A stretch of DNA of 64,000 bases from an uncultured Gemmatimonadales bacterium (GCA_963730185.1 CAVSQW010000008.1:384001-448000); one strand, 5' to 3'. Positions 23,577 to 33,606 are shown, counted from the stretch's first letter. Translations and numbers: made by a program. The notes: a model not told the origin generated them from the sequence alone.

Positions 23577-25271
23577 ATGTTTCCGACCAATCCGGCCGAG
23601 ATCGCCGGTGCCACCTGGGCCGACCTCGAGCCGTGCTACGCGGAGCTCGAGCAGGCACCGCTCTCCGTCGAAACCGCCGAGGCCTGGCTGGGCCAGTGGT
23701 CGGCGTTCGAGGCGATCCTGACCGAGGCGATCTCCCGCGCGATGATCGCCTATACCTGCGACACCGCCGACCCCGAAAAGGAAGCCGCGCACCGGCGCTT
23801 CGCCATCGAGATCGCCCCGAAGGCCGAAGAACGGAGCGTGCGGTTGGCCCGCCGCTTCGCGGAGCTGGGCTATCAGCGTCCCGGGCTCGAGCAGATGTCG
23901 GCCCGCTTCCGCCGCGCGATCGAGATCTTCCGTGAGGAGAACGTGCCGCTCCTCGCCGAGCTCGAAGAGACCGCCACGACCTACCAGCGGATCACCGGTG
24001 GGATGCTGGCCGACTGGGAAGGGGAGAAGCGGCCGCTCCCGCAGCTCGCCCCGTTTCTCCAGAGCCACGACCGCGAGGTGCGGGAGCGCGCGTTCCGGGC
24101 CACGACCGCGCCCTACGTCACGGCCCGGGACGAGCTGGCCGCGCTCTTCGACCGGCAGATGGCGCTCCGCCAGCGGGTCGCGGCCGGAGCCGGGTTCACC
24201 TCGTTTCAGGACTACGCCTTCGCCGCCAAGTTCAGGTTCGACTACACCCCGGCCGACTGCGCCCGCTTTCACGACGCGGTGGCCCAGACGGCGGTCCCCG
24301 CCGTCGAGCGCCTCCATCGGTTCCGCGCTGAGCGGCTCGGCCTGGCGGCCGTGCGGCCCTGGGACCTCCCGGTGACGCTCTATCGCGACGAGGCGATCCG
24401 GCCCTTCGCGAACGGCGAGGAGCTCGCCACCAAGGCGCTGCGGCTCTTCCAGCAGCTCGATCCGGTGCTCGCGGACGAGTTCGAGATCATGATCGACGAG
24501 CGGCTGCTCGACCTCGACAGCCGGAAGAACAAGGCGCCTGGGGGCTACTGCGACACGCTCCACTTCAGCGGCCGGCCGTTCATCTTCATGAACGCGTCGG
24601 GGGTGTTGGACGACGTGATGACTCTCCTGCACGAGGCGGGGCACTCGTTCCATTCCTTCGCGGCCCATCGGCAGCCTCTGATCTGGCAGCGGCACCCGAC
24701 CGCGGAGGCGGCGGAGCTGGCCTCGATGTCGATGGAGCTCCTGGCCTCGCCGCTGCTGGCCGCGCCGGGGGCGTTCCTCACCGACCGCGATGCCACCATC
24801 GCCCGGTTGGAACACCTGGAAGACGTCCTGGTCACCCTCTGCCACGTGGCCGCGATCGACGCATTCCAGACCTGGATCTACACCCGCGGCGAAGGCGCCG
24901 ACGCCGCGGGTCGCGACCAGGCCTGGCTCGCCATCCGGAGCCGGTTCGAGCCCTCCGTCGACTGGGACGGGCTCACCGACCAGCGGATCGCCCGATGGTA
25001 CCGTCAGCTCCACGTCTTTCTGTACCCGTTCTACTACATCGAGTACGGCATCGCCCAACTGGGCGCGCTCGAGGTGTGGCTCAACCACCGCCGGGATCCG
25101 GAGGGGGCCCTCGCGGCGTATCGGCGGTTCCTGAGTCTGGGCGCGACCCAGGGGCTTCCAGAGCTCTATCGGGCCGCCGGCAGCAGGCTGGTGTTCGACC
25201 GGGACCGGATCGGCGCCCTGGTGGCCGAGGTGGAGGCCGAGGTCGGGCAGCTCCGCGGGGCGCTCGCCTAG
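23577..25271 (+). CDS. M3 family oligoendopeptidase
   Basis: HEAGH zinc motif, [32 protein letters not shown]. Confidence 0.9.
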   Translation: MFPTNPAEIAGATWADLEPCYAELEQAPLSVETAEAWLGQWSAFEAILTEAISRAMIAYTCDTADPEKEAAHRRFAIEIAPKAEERSVRLARRFAELGYQRPGLEQMSARFRRAIEIFREENVPLLAELEETATTYQRITGGMLADWEGEKRPLPQLAPFLQSHDREVRERAFRATTAPYVTARDELAALFDRQMALRQRVAAGAGFTSFQDYAFAAKFRFDYTPADCARFHDAVAQTAVPAVERLHRFRAERLGLAAVRPWDLPVTLYRDEAIRPFANGEELATKALRLFQQLDPVLADEFEIMIDERLLDLDSRKNKAPGGYCDTLHFSGRPFIFMNASGVLDDVMTLLHEAGHSFHSFAAHRQPLIWQRHPTAEAAELASMSMELLASPLLAAPGAFLTDRDATIARLEHLEDVLVTLCHVAAIDAFQTWIYTRGEGADAAGRDQAWLAIRSRFEPSVDWDGLTDQRIARWYRQLHVFLYPFYYIEYGIAQLGALEVWLNHRRDPEGALAAYRRFLSLGATQGLPELYRAAGSRLVFDRDRIGALVAEVEAEVGQLRGALA

Positions 25272-25350
25272 CCGTTGCGGTGGGGCGGACCCGGCGCGAC
25301 ATTACCACGCTGGATCATTTCCAGCGGGAACCACGATTCGAGGACAGCGG

Positions 25351-25569
25351 ATGGCGAAAGAAGAAGGCATCGAGATGGAAGGCGTCGTGCAGGAGGTTCT
25401 GCCCGACCGGAACTACCGGGTCCTGCTGGACAACGGGCACACCATCCTGGCGTACGCTGCCGGAAAGATGAGCAAGTTCAAGATCAGGGTCCTGGAGGGC
25501 GACCGCGTGAGCGTGGTGCTCTCACCCTACGATCTGACCCGCGGCCGGGTGATCTACCGCCACAAGTAG
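25351..25569 (+). CDS. infA: Translation initiation factor IF-1
   Basis: [18 protein letters not shown]...[16 protein letters not shown]. Confidence 0.96.
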   Translation: MAKEEGIEMEGVVQEVLPDRNYRVLLDNGHTILAYAAGKMSKFKIRVLEGDRVSVVLSPYDLTRGRVIYRHK

Positions 25570-25585
25570 TGGTCCCGAAATGCAG

Positions 25586-25621
25586 GAACGCCGGGCCGCT
25601 CCGTCGAGCGACCCGGCGTTC
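25586..25621. terminator. GC-rich hairpin between convergent infA and csp
   Basis: GAACGCCGGG-CCGCTC-cgtc-GAGCGA-CCCGGCGTTC; no clear U-tract. Confidence 0.6.
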
Positions 25622-25645
25622 GTGCGTCATCCGGCAGGCGCGATC

Positions 25646-25861
25646 TCAGCTCGCGGCCTTCGTGACGTTCTCGGCTGCGGGGCCCTTGGCACCCATCACC
25701 ATGTCAAACTCGACGCGCTCCCCCTCGGAGAGGCTGCGGAACCCGTCCATCTTGATGGCCGAGTGGTGAACGAAGCAGTCCTTGTCGCCGTTCTCCGGGG
25801 TGATGAAGCCGAACCCCTTCGCGTCGTTGAACCACTTCACGGTGCCGGTCATTCGAGCCAT
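25646..25861 (-). CDS. cspA: Cold-shock domain protein
   Basis: [15 protein letters not shown] (RNP1), CFVHHSAI (RNP2); AGGAG upstream of ATG 25861. Confidence 0.92.
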   Translation of the reverse strand: MARMTGTVKWFNDAKGFGFITPENGDKDCFVHHSAIKMDGFRSLSEGERVEFDMVMGAKGPAAENVTKAAS

Positions 25862-26081
25862 TACGCCAAACTCCTGTTTGTGAACACTTGGCTGGACATG
25901 TCGCCATGTCCGAGCCCCCCCAAGGATACGCGAGCCCATCTCGCGCCCGGAAAGCACCAGCGACCCGTGGCGACTAACCGCGGGTCAGTCGAATCGTGGC
26001 CTGAGCCTAATGATTAAGTCGGGAAACACGGAAAGCCCCACAAATCAAGCGTCGCTAAGATGACAATGAAGTGGGGACCTG

Positions 26082-27881
26082 TCAAGATCTCTGTCGGCGG
26101 GAATCCGACGACGATACTCGGAGATCTGCAGGACGAAACCACGATCGCACCAGGTCGCCCGTCCGTCTGAGCCAGGTGGTGCGCCATGCCGTTCGACCGT
26201 CGCGCCGGAGGGCCCGATTGAGCGCGCTGAGGAATTCACTGGCGGTCGGATAGCGCGCGCTGGGGTCGGAGCGGAGCGCGCTCCGGAGCACCTTCTCGAG
26301 CTCGGGGCCTACGGCTTCGCGGTCCTGCAGGCTGGGGAGGGTCTCGGTCGTCTGGCGTGCCAGGATGGCTTCGGGGGTGGCCCCGGTGAAGGGAGGAACC
26401 CCGAGCAGACAGAAGTACGCCACGGCCGCGAGACTGTAGAGATCCGAACGGCCGTCGACCTTTTCGCCCGAGAGCTGCTCGGGACTCGCGAATTGGGGGG
26501 TGCCGCTCCGGCTGGTGGCGCCCGCGAATCGCCCCTGGCCCGCCAGCGCCATGGCCAGGCCGAAGTCGGTGATCCGGAGACTGCCGCCCCGGGCGATCAA
26601 GAGGTTCTCCGGCTTGATGTCGCGGTGGACCAGGCCGAGTGCGTGCGCGTGGGTCAGCGCCCCGAGCGCTTCGCGGAGCAGCCGGACCACGCGGTCGAAG
26701 GCCAGCGGCCCTTCCTTCTCGATCAGCTGGGCCAGGTTGGGGCCCTCCACCAGCTCCATCGTGTACCAGGCCAGCCCGGCCCGGCCGCCGATCTCGTAGA
26801 TGTCGACGATGTTCGGATGATTCATCCGGGCGGCCAGCTGCGCCTCGCGTCGGAAGCGTTCGAGTCCCTCCGGCTCCTCGGTCAGACTGGGGTGGAGGAC
26901 CTTGAGCGCGACCATCCGCTCCAGCGCCAGGTCCCGGACCCGGTACACCCGACCGAAGCCGCCCGAGCCCAGCTCGGCCAGCAGCTCGTAGTCGTCGCCC
27001 AGCGCCCGCCGGAGCCGCTTTTCCCAGGTTCGGCCGTCGGTGCTCAGGTCGGGGGTGGCGTCCAGCGTGGAGAGCGTGGTGTAGGCGCCGGCGTCCGAGG
27101 CGAAGTCCTCGAGCATCTCCGACGCGGTGAGGTAGCGTTCGCTCGGGATCGGCCGGAGGGCTCGAAGGATGACCCGTTCCAGGGCTCTCGGGCAGGCCGC
27201 CCGAATCTGGCTGGGCGGGACGATCGCCTCGGGCGAGGGGTTCGGCTCGGTGCCGGTGATGGCGTAGTAGAGCACCGCGCCGGAGGCGTAGACGTCGCTG
27301 CTCGAGTCGCCCAGGGAGCCGTCACGGACCTCGGGGGCCATGAACTCGATGTCGGTCGGGCGCTCTTCCGGCGGGACGTGCGGCACGGTGTAGCTGCAGA
27401 ACCGGAGGTCGGTGATGGTCCCCCGTCCGGTGCCACTCACCAGGAGCGAGGTCGGGGCCACCCGTCGCACCACGATGCCGTGGGCGTGGGCATGCTCGAG
27501 GCCGCGGAGGAGGTCACGGGCCAGGACGTGGACCTGGGGAATGGGGCGGGGGCCCCGCGCCATCGCGGCGTTCAGCCCCTCGCCCTCGATCCAGTTGCCG
27601 ACCCGGAAGGCCATCTCGTCGATCACCCCGGCATCGTAGAGGCGACGGATGGCCGGGTGGTCGAGCTGTGCCAGGGCTTCGGCTTCGCGGAGGAACCAGC
27701 TCCGGAGGGCGTCGCTCGAGTAGAAGTTGACTCGGAGGCTTACCCGTCGGTTCAGGAGCCGATCCCGCCCGACGAACAGCACGCGCTCCGCCGAGGCGGC
27801 CACCAGCCGCTCGAAGCGAAAGCGCTGCCCGAGTCGCCGTTCGGCTTCTCGAAACAGGACCGTCGGATCTGGAAGGGTCAC
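26082..27881 (-). CDS. Tandem pseudokinase plus Ser/Thr kinase, cytoplasmic
   Basis: C-terminal domain is canonical (GSGGFG, VALK, HRDIKPEN, DFG, SPE). N-terminal domain has kinase-fold spacing but degenerate catalytic motifs. Confidence 0.88.
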   Translation of the reverse strand: MTLPDPTVLFREAERRLGQRFRFERLVAASAERVLFVGRDRLLNRRVSLRVNFYSSDALRSWFLREAEALAQLDHPAIRRLYDAGVIDEMAFRVGNWIEGEGLNAAMARGPRPIPQVHVLARDLLRGLEHAHAHGIVVRRVAPTSLLVSGTGRGTITDLRFCSYTVPHVPPEERPTDIEFMAPEVRDGSLGDSSSDVYASGAVLYYAITGTEPNPSPEAIVPPSQIRAACPRALERVILRALRPIPSERYLTASEMLEDFASDAGAYTTLSTLDATPDLSTDGRTWEKRLRRALGDDYELLAELGSGGFGRVYRVRDLALERMVALKVLHPSLTEEPEGLERFRREAQLAARMNHPNIVDIYEIGGRAGLAWYTMELVEGPNLAQLIEKEGPLAFDRVVRLLREALGALTHAHALGLVHRDIKPENLLIARGGSLRITDFGLAMALAGQGRFAGATSRSGTPQFASPEQLSGEKVDGRSDLYSLAAVAYFCLLGVPPFTGATPEAILARQTTETLPSLQDREAVGPELEKVLRSALRSDPSARYPTASEFLSALNRALRRDGRTAWRTTWLRRTGDLVRSWFRPADLRVSSSDSRRQRS

Positions 27882-29221
27882 ATTTCGTCGGCGGCGACCA
27901 CCGCGTTGCCTCCCTGACGCTTCGCAGCATACAGGGCCGCGTCCGCCGCCGCCAGCACCGCGGCCGGCGTCAGGCCGTCTCGGGGGGCCTCGGCCATTCC
28001 CAGGCTCACCGAAGCGTGACTGAACTCGGGATAGTCGGCCCCGAGGTCTTCGAACGCCGAGCGGACCCGCTGCACGAAACCCATGGCCTCACGCGGGTTG
28101 GTCATCGGCAGCACGACTAGGAACTCGTCGCCGCCCAGCCGGCCCACCACGTCCAGCGTGCGAACGTGGCGGCGCAGCAGCTGGCTCACCAGGACCAGGT
28201 AGCGATCGCCGGCGGCGTGTCCGAGGGTATCGTTGATCGTCTTGAACCGGTCCAGATCGAGCAGGACCACCGTGGTCCGGATCTGATGGCGGACGCTCCG
28301 CGAGATCTCGGCCTCGAGCCGCTCCTCGAGCGCGCGCCGATTGAAGAGGCCGGTGAGCTGGTCGGTCGTGGCCGCGTTCTGCAGCCGCTCCACCAGCTCG
28401 GCGTTCTTGAGGGCGATGGCGCCGGCGAAGGCCAGGGTCGATGCCAGATCGCGCTCCGCCCGCCCGTAGGCCAACCCGTTCAGCCGGGCGCCGAGGAGGA
28501 GCACGGCCACTCGCTCGCCGCCGGAGTCGAGCGGGATCATCAGCTCGGTGCCGTTGGGGAGGAGCGGAGCCAGGCCCACCTCGCGCGGATCGGCGATCCC
28601 GGAGCCCAGCGGCACCACCGTCTCGAGGTCCTCGCGCCCGATGCTCTCGGGCACCCGGTCACGGTCCAGGGACCGAACCGAGCGGGGCACGAATGCCGCG
28701 CCGCTGGGCCGATAGAGACAGGCCCACCACGAGAAGAACACTTCGGCCATGAAATCCAGGACCAGGTGCTCGGTCTCGTCGGTGGAATGGGCCGACGAGA
28801 GGAGCCGGGCCACCTGGCGGAGTGCCCGAAGCTGGAAGACCGCGTCGTCGAGCGCCAGCTGCCGGTCCAGGAGGACCGACCGGAGATCGAGCACCAGCGA
28901 GAGGCCGAAGGCGAGCGGCATGGCGAAGGCCTGGACCGCCTGAGCGTCCTCCAGGCCGACACTGATCACCAGCTCGGTGGTCCCGGACAGCCACCGGGCC
29001 ACCTCCACCGGCGTGACCCCCTCTCCGTCCGGCCCGAAGACCCGCGGCTCGGCCGCGGCCGTCCGGATGGTGAGCCAGACCCGGTCGGTTTCGAGCCGGT
29101 CCACCAATTCCCGACGGCAGCGCTCGAGGAGCTCGGGCTCGCTGCGGGAGACGCGGCAAGCCTGAGCGAAGGCGCTGGGGAGCCCGGAGACCGGGGAAAT
29201 CGCGGGTTGTTCGGTTGCCAT
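27878..29221 (-). CDS. Diguanylate cyclase with GAF-like sensor domain
   Basis: ATTDQLTGLFNRR, DLDRFKTINDTLGHAAGD, RTLD I-site followed by GGDEF, ADAALYAAKRQG. Alternative start at 29260. Confidence 0.9.
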   Translation of the reverse strand: MATEQPAISPVSGLPSAFAQACRVSRSEPELLERCRRELVDRLETDRVWLTIRTAAAEPRVFGPDGEGVTPVEVARWLSGTTELVISVGLEDAQAVQAFAMPLAFGLSLVLDLRSVLLDRQLALDDAVFQLRALRQVARLLSSAHSTDETEHLVLDFMAEVFFSWWACLYRPSGAAFVPRSVRSLDRDRVPESIGREDLETVVPLGSGIADPREVGLAPLLPNGTELMIPLDSGGERVAVLLLGARLNGLAYGRAERDLASTLAFAGAIALKNAELVERLQNAATTDQLTGLFNRRALEERLEAEISRSVRHQIRTTVVLLDLDRFKTINDTLGHAAGDRYLVLVSQLLRRHVRTLDVVGRLGGDEFLVVLPMTNPREAMGFVQRVRSAFEDLGADYPEFSHASVSLGMAEAPRDGLTPAAVLAAADAALYAAKRQGGNAVVAADEM

Positions 29222-29366
29222 GCCCAATAATAGGTGAACGGGCACCCTGCGGGGAACCACCGCAAGTCGCTTGATGACTTAAGGTTTCGGCTCCTCGCAC
29301 CGATACTGGACCCCTGGAAAGGCAGGGACCATGCCAACGGACTCCAGGGTCATGAGGGGGCGTTAG

Positions 29367-30281
29367 ATGCTCGCGGTCAAGCTGGTCGCCACCGGGCTCG
29401 CCTCGTTCGCGGGCGCTGCCGTCATCGGGGTAATGGCGGTGGCCGGGAACGAGGTCAAGCGTAGCGGGGAAAGCATCATCGAGCTGGAGACGGCGGTCGA
29501 CAGCCTCCGGTTCGCGGCGGCCCGGGCCATGCCCGGCACGGGGTACTCCGCCGGGCGGCCCAACGTGGCGACCGATTTCAATCCCGATATCGAGCGGCCC
29601 ACCACGGATCCCTCGAGCTTCGTCGATCCCCTCGCGAGCGTGATCGGGGCAGTCAAGCTGGGGAAGAACGTCTACGTGGCACCCTTCGCCTCGGTCCGGG
29701 GCGACGAGGGCCAGCCGATCTACGTCGGCGACGACTCCAGCCTGCAGGACGGGGTGGTGGTCCACGCCCTCGAGACCACGCAGGAAGGAAAGCCGCTGGC
29801 CGGTCGGACCTACGAGGTGGGTGGCCGGAACTACGCGGTCTACATCGGGAAGCGAGTCTCGATCGCGCACCAGGCGCTGGTGCATGGTCCGGCCCGGATC
29901 GATGACAACGTGTTCGTCGGCATGCAGGCGATGGTCTTCAAGGCGGTCGTCGGCGAGGGCGTGGTGCTCGAGCCCGGCGCCAAGGTGATTGGGGTGACCA
30001 TTCCGCCCCACCGGTACGTGGCTGCCGGTGTGGTGGTGACCGACCAGAAGGTGGCCGACCAGCTGCCGAAGATCGATGACGCCTATCCCTACCGCGCCCT
30101 CAACGACGCGGTGGTCCACGTCAACACCAGCTTTGCCGAAGGCTATCGGAGCGAGGCGGAGGCCAGGAAGGAGGCGTTGGAGGCGCTGAGGTCACGGAAG
30201 GCTGAGAGCGACGGGGCCAAGGCCACCGGCCACCCGGCCCCCCAGGCGGCCGCCAGCCACGGCGAGCCCAAGGAGCACTAG
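29367..30281 (+). CDS. Gamma-class carbonic anhydrase (Cam subclass) with N-terminal hydrophobic anchor or signal
   Basis: Hexapeptide repeats, VRGDEG, LQDGVVVHALET, IAHQALVHGP, NDAVVHVN. Confidence 0.88.
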   Translation: MLAVKLVATGLASFAGAAVIGVMAVAGNEVKRSGESIIELETAVDSLRFAAARAMPGTGYSAGRPNVATDFNPDIERPTTDPSSFVDPLASVIGAVKLGKNVYVAPFASVRGDEGQPIYVGDDSSLQDGVVVHALETTQEGKPLAGRTYEVGGRNYAVYIGKRVSIAHQALVHGPARIDDNVFVGMQAMVFKAVVGEGVVLEPGAKVIGVTIPPHRYVAAGVVVTDQKVADQLPKIDDAYPYRALNDAVVHVNTSFAEGYRSEAEARKEALEALRSRKAESDGAKATGHPAPQAAASHGEPKEH

Positions 30282-30892
30282 AGGCCGCGACCGGGGAGCC
30301 GGCTCTCCAGATCCTCGGTAAGCCGGGTCAGCGCCTGACACATTTCCGCTCGCCGCCAGGCGGCGTGGCCCTCGAGGGTGTCGAGCAGGGTCCGGTGCCA
30401 CCAGCGGACGTCGTCCGAGTGCGGCAACCCCGCCACCTCCAGGTACTCCACGCCGAGACGGCGGATCGACACCAGGGCCGAGCCCAGCTGGTGCATCTCG
30501 TGCGCGACCACGACATCCACCGAGCGGGGCGCCGCGCCGGCCAAGCGGGCCATGTACTCGAACCGGCACGCCTTCCACGTCCGCTCCCGCCCCAGGACGT
30601 CGAAGCGGGGTTCCATCGCCTCCCGGACCGCCGCCGCCACCTGACTGCCGAACTTCCGCTCGAGGTGCTGGGTCAGACTCTCCTGGCGCTCGTGCGGGCA
30701 GGCGTCGACCAACTGCTTCAGGATGGCCGCGACGATGGTGGGCTCGTCGGCGTCGTACCGGGCCAGGATCACGGCCACGCTCGAGGCCCGGATCAGGCAC
30801 GAGTGATCGTCGTACCGCGAGACCGGCTCGGGGTAGTGCTTGGCGGTAAACGCCAGGGCATGGTGAATTCGGTCCGAGTAGCCGTGCAGCAT
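30278..30892 (-). CDS. RelA/SpoT HD-like (Mesh1-type) protein with degenerate catalytic residues
   Basis: YSDRIHHALAFTAKH, VAVILARY, IVAAILKQLVD (HD replaced by KQ), KFGSQVA, TWKACR. ATG overlaps the queE stop (TGATG). Confidence 0.72.
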   Translation of the reverse strand: MLHGYSDRIHHALAFTAKHYPEPVSRYDDHSCLIRASSVAVILARYDADEPTIVAAILKQLVDACPHERQESLTQHLERKFGSQVAAAVREAMEPRFDVLGRERTWKACRFEYMARLAGAAPRSVDVVVAHEMHQLGSALVSIRRLGVEYLEVAGLPHSDDVRWWHRTLLDTLEGHAAWRRAEMCQALTRLTEDLESRLPGRGL

Positions 30893-31533
30893 CAGCGGAG
30901 CCCAATCAGCTTGTGCGTCTGCAATGATAATCGCCACGGCGGATGGGCGAGGCAGTAATCGGCCGCCGTCCGGGTGTTGGCCGCGAGCGCCGGACCGTCC
31001 ATCGGCTGGAGAAAGAAATGCCCGAAGGCCAGCTCCTGGAAGCGCTCGGGCTCGGCGCCGGGCTGAGGGAAGACCAGCTTGAGCTCGCTGCCGGCGGTTG
31101 CGATGAGCGGCGCCCCGGCCTTCGGGCTGACGGTGATCCAGTCGAGGCCCTCGGGCGGGGCCACCGTGCCGTTCGTCTCCACGGCCAGCTCGAAGCCTTC
31201 GGCGTGAATCGCGTCGATCAGGGCCCGATCCACCTGAAGGAGCGGCTCGCCGCCCGTGGCCACCACGTAGGGACGCTCGGCGGGACCGGCGTCGCCCGGC
31301 CAGGCGCGACGGACGGCACCCGCCACCTCGCCCGCCGACTCGAACCGGCCCCCGCCGGGGCCGTCGGTGCCGACAAAGTCGGTGTCGCAAAACCGGCAGA
31401 CTGCCGTCGCCCGGTCGCCCTCCCGCCCAGTCCAGAGGTTACATCCCGCGAACCGGAGGAAGACCGCCGGCCGGCCAGTGTGCGCGCCCTCGCCCTGCAG
31501 GGTGTAGTAGAGCTCCTTGACCGCGTACCCCAT
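30892..31533 (-). CDS. queE: 7-carboxy-7-deazaguanine synthase (radical SAM, Cx14Cx2C type)
   Basis: YYTLQGEG, FAGCNLWTGREGDRATAVCRFCDTDF, TGGEPLLQ, ETNGT, SLQTHK. Confidence 0.95.
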   Translation of the reverse strand: MGYAVKELYYTLQGEGAHTGRPAVFLRFAGCNLWTGREGDRATAVCRFCDTDFVGTDGPGGGRFESAGEVAGAVRRAWPGDAGPAERPYVVATGGEPLLQVDRALIDAIHAEGFELAVETNGTVAPPEGLDWITVSPKAGAPLIATAGSELKLVFPQPGAEPERFQELAFGHFFLQPMDGPALAANTRTAADYCLAHPPWRLSLQTHKLIGLR

Positions 31534-31540
31534 CCCCCCG

Positions 31541-32236
31541 CTACGCTCCGACCGCGTATGCCGTGGGGTCGGGGACGCCGGCCGCCTCGAATCCCTGTCG
31601 TCGAATCGCGCACGAGTCGCAGTGGCCGCAGGCCCGCCCGTCCGGATCCGGGTCGTAGCAGCTCCGGGTCAGGCGGTAGTCCACGCCCAGAGCCAGTCCC
31701 CGATGGATGATCTCGGCCTTGCTGAGCGCGATCAGGGGGGCCCGCACCTGAAACCGGCGCCCGCCCTCGGTGGCCGCTCGGGTGGCCAGATTGGCCAGCC
31801 GCTCGAAGGCGGCGATGAACTCGGGCCGGCAGTCGGGGTACCCGCTGTAGTCCACCGCGTTGACCCCGAGAAAGAGATCGTCGGCGCCGATCACCTCAGC
31901 CAGGGCGAGGCCGAGCGAGAGGAAGACGGTGTTCCGGGCCGGGACGTAGGTGATCGGGATGCCCGCCGCCCGCTCCGCGTCGGGCCGGTCCTTGGGCACG
32001 TCGAGATCGGCCGTCAGCGCGGACCCTCCGAAGGCGTCGAGCCCGATGTCGATCACCACGTGTTGGGCGGCGCCGAGGGCGTCCGCTACCTGGGCCGCGG
32101 CGTCGAGCTCGGCCAGGTGCCGCTGGCCGTAGCGGAAGCTCAGGGCGTGGCAGGTGAATCCGTCCGCCCGGGCGATGGCCAGGGTGGTGGCGGAGTCCAA
32201 GCCCCCGCTCAGAAGCACCACGGCGGGTCGGATCAC
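31541..32236 (-). CDS. queC: 7-cyano-7-deazaguanine synthase
   Basis: [45 protein letters not shown] 32236. Confidence 0.95.
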   Translation of the reverse strand: MIRPAVVLLSGGLDSATTLAIARADGFTCHALSFRYGQRHLAELDAAAQVADALGAAQHVVIDIGLDAFGGSALTADLDVPKDRPDAERAAGIPITYVPARNTVFLSLGLALAEVIGADDLFLGVNAVDYSGYPDCRPEFIAAFERLANLATRAATEGGRRFQVRAPLIALSKAEIIHRGLALGVDYRLTRSCYDPDPDGRACGHCDSCAIRRQGFEAAGVPDPTAYAVGA

Positions 32237-33606
32237 GGGGCTCCTCGGCCCAGCTCGTGGCGCAGGGCCGTTTCGAGGGTCGGATACCGGAACACGTAGT
32301 CCGAGGCGATCAGCGCCGCCGGGACGACCCGGGCGCTGGCCAGGAGCCCTTCGTCGGCCAGTCCCGGGAAGAGCAGACGCAGTGCGAACGCCGGCACCGG
32401 GAGGATCGCCGGCCGGTGGAGGATCCGCCCCAGAACGGCCGTCAGCTCCTCGTTCCGGACTGGCTCGGGCGAGGTCACGTTGAGCGGTCCACTCACCGTG
32501 TCGGTCAGCAGAGCATGGACGATCACGCCAATCGCGTCGTCGATCGCGATCCAGCTGGTCCATTGCCGTCCGTCGCCCAGGGGGCCGCCGATCCCGAGCG
32601 AGAAGGGGAGGTAGATCCGGCCCAGCATGCCTCCGGCCGGGGTGAGCACCGGACTGACCCTGGCCGGGACCGTGCGAATGCCGGCCGCCCGGGCGGCCTC
32701 CGTCGCGGCCTCCCAGGCGACCCCGACCTCGGGCAGGAAGCCCCGGCCCGGCGGGCTGGTGTCCGTCAGCACCTCCTCGCCCCGGTTGCCGTAGATCCCG
32801 ATCGCCGAGGCGGAGACCAGCACCTGGGGCCGGCGGCTGGCCCGCGCCATGGCGCCGGCCACGAGCCGGGTGCCCTCGATCCGACTGCTCCGGATCCGGG
32901 CCCGCTTCGCCTCGGTCCAGCGGCCTTCGCCGATGCTGTCGGCGGCGAGGTGGACGACCGCGTCGACCCGGGCGAGCGCCTCGGGGTCGAGCCCGCCGGC
33001 GACCGGGTCCCAGGCGATCTCGTCCGGGGCCCGCGCCGGGCGGCGCACCAATCGCACCACGTCATGGCCGCCGGTGGTGAGCACCGCGGCGAGCGTCCGA
33101 CCGAGAAGCCCCGAGGCGCCGGTGATCGCCACCCGGAGCCGGGGGGCGCCCCGGTACTGGGCGTGCATCGCCAGGTCGGCGGCCGTAACCCGGTGTCGAT
33201 AGCGAAGGGTGCGGGCCAGCCGCCGCCGGACGCACGGCTCCGCCAGCTCGCCCACCGGGCCGCCCGGCAGCTCGACCTCCACCCGGTCCACCAGCTCGCA
33301 GGCGAACCGCCCGTCGGGCTCGAATCGGTGCTCGTGCCGCCAGCGGGCAAACGGTCCCTGCTCCTGGACGTCGGTGAAGCCCTCGCCGGGACGGACGTTT
33401 TCATGCCGGGCCACCCAGCGGGTGTACACCGGCCCCACCGGCACCTCGAGCGTCACCCGGCTTCCCTCCTCGAGGCCGGGGTGGGGCTCGACCAGTCGAA
33501 CGGACTCCCAGGGAGGGACCAGGCGTTCGAACGCGCCCGCTCGGGCGTGCCAGGCATACGCCTCGTCCGCGCCCACCGGCAGCCGGGAGCGGTGCTCGAC
33601 GATCAT
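32233..33606 (-). CDS. SRPBCC domain fused to TIGR01777 (YfcH-like) NAD-binding epimerase
   Basis: [27 protein letters not shown]; then [26 protein letters not shown]. Confidence 0.88.
   Translation of the reverse strand: MIVEHRSRLPVGADEAYAWHARAGAFERLVPPWESVRLVEPHPGLEEGSRVTLEVPVGPVYTRWVARHENVRPGEGFTDVQEQGPFARWRHEHRFEPDGRFACELVDRVEVELPGGPVGELAEPCVRRRLARTLRYRHRVTAADLAMHAQYRGAPRLRVAITGASGLLGRTLAAVLTTGGHDVVRLVRRPARAPDEIAWDPVAGGLDPEALARVDAVVHLAADSIGEGRWTEAKRARIRSSRIEGTRLVAGAMARASRRPQVLVSASAIGIYGNRGEEVLTDTSPPGRGFLPEVGVAWEAATEAARAAGIRTVPARVSPVLTPAGGMLGRIYLPFSLGIGGPLGDGRQWTSWIAIDDAIGVIVHALLTDTVSGPLNVTSPEPVRNEELTAVLGRILHRPAILPVPAFALRLLFPGLADEGLLASARVVPAALIASDYVFRYPTLETALRHELGRGAP

Noticed and set aside
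29367..30281. Carboxysome protein CcmM
   Set aside because: No RbcS-like repeats and no shell or RuBisCO genes; it has a hydrophobic N-terminus like Cam.
30278..32236. Dpd-type deazaguanine DNA-modification or defence island
   Set aside because: No dpdA/tgt paralog, helicase, nuclease or mobility genes; the context is housekeeping queuosine synthesis.
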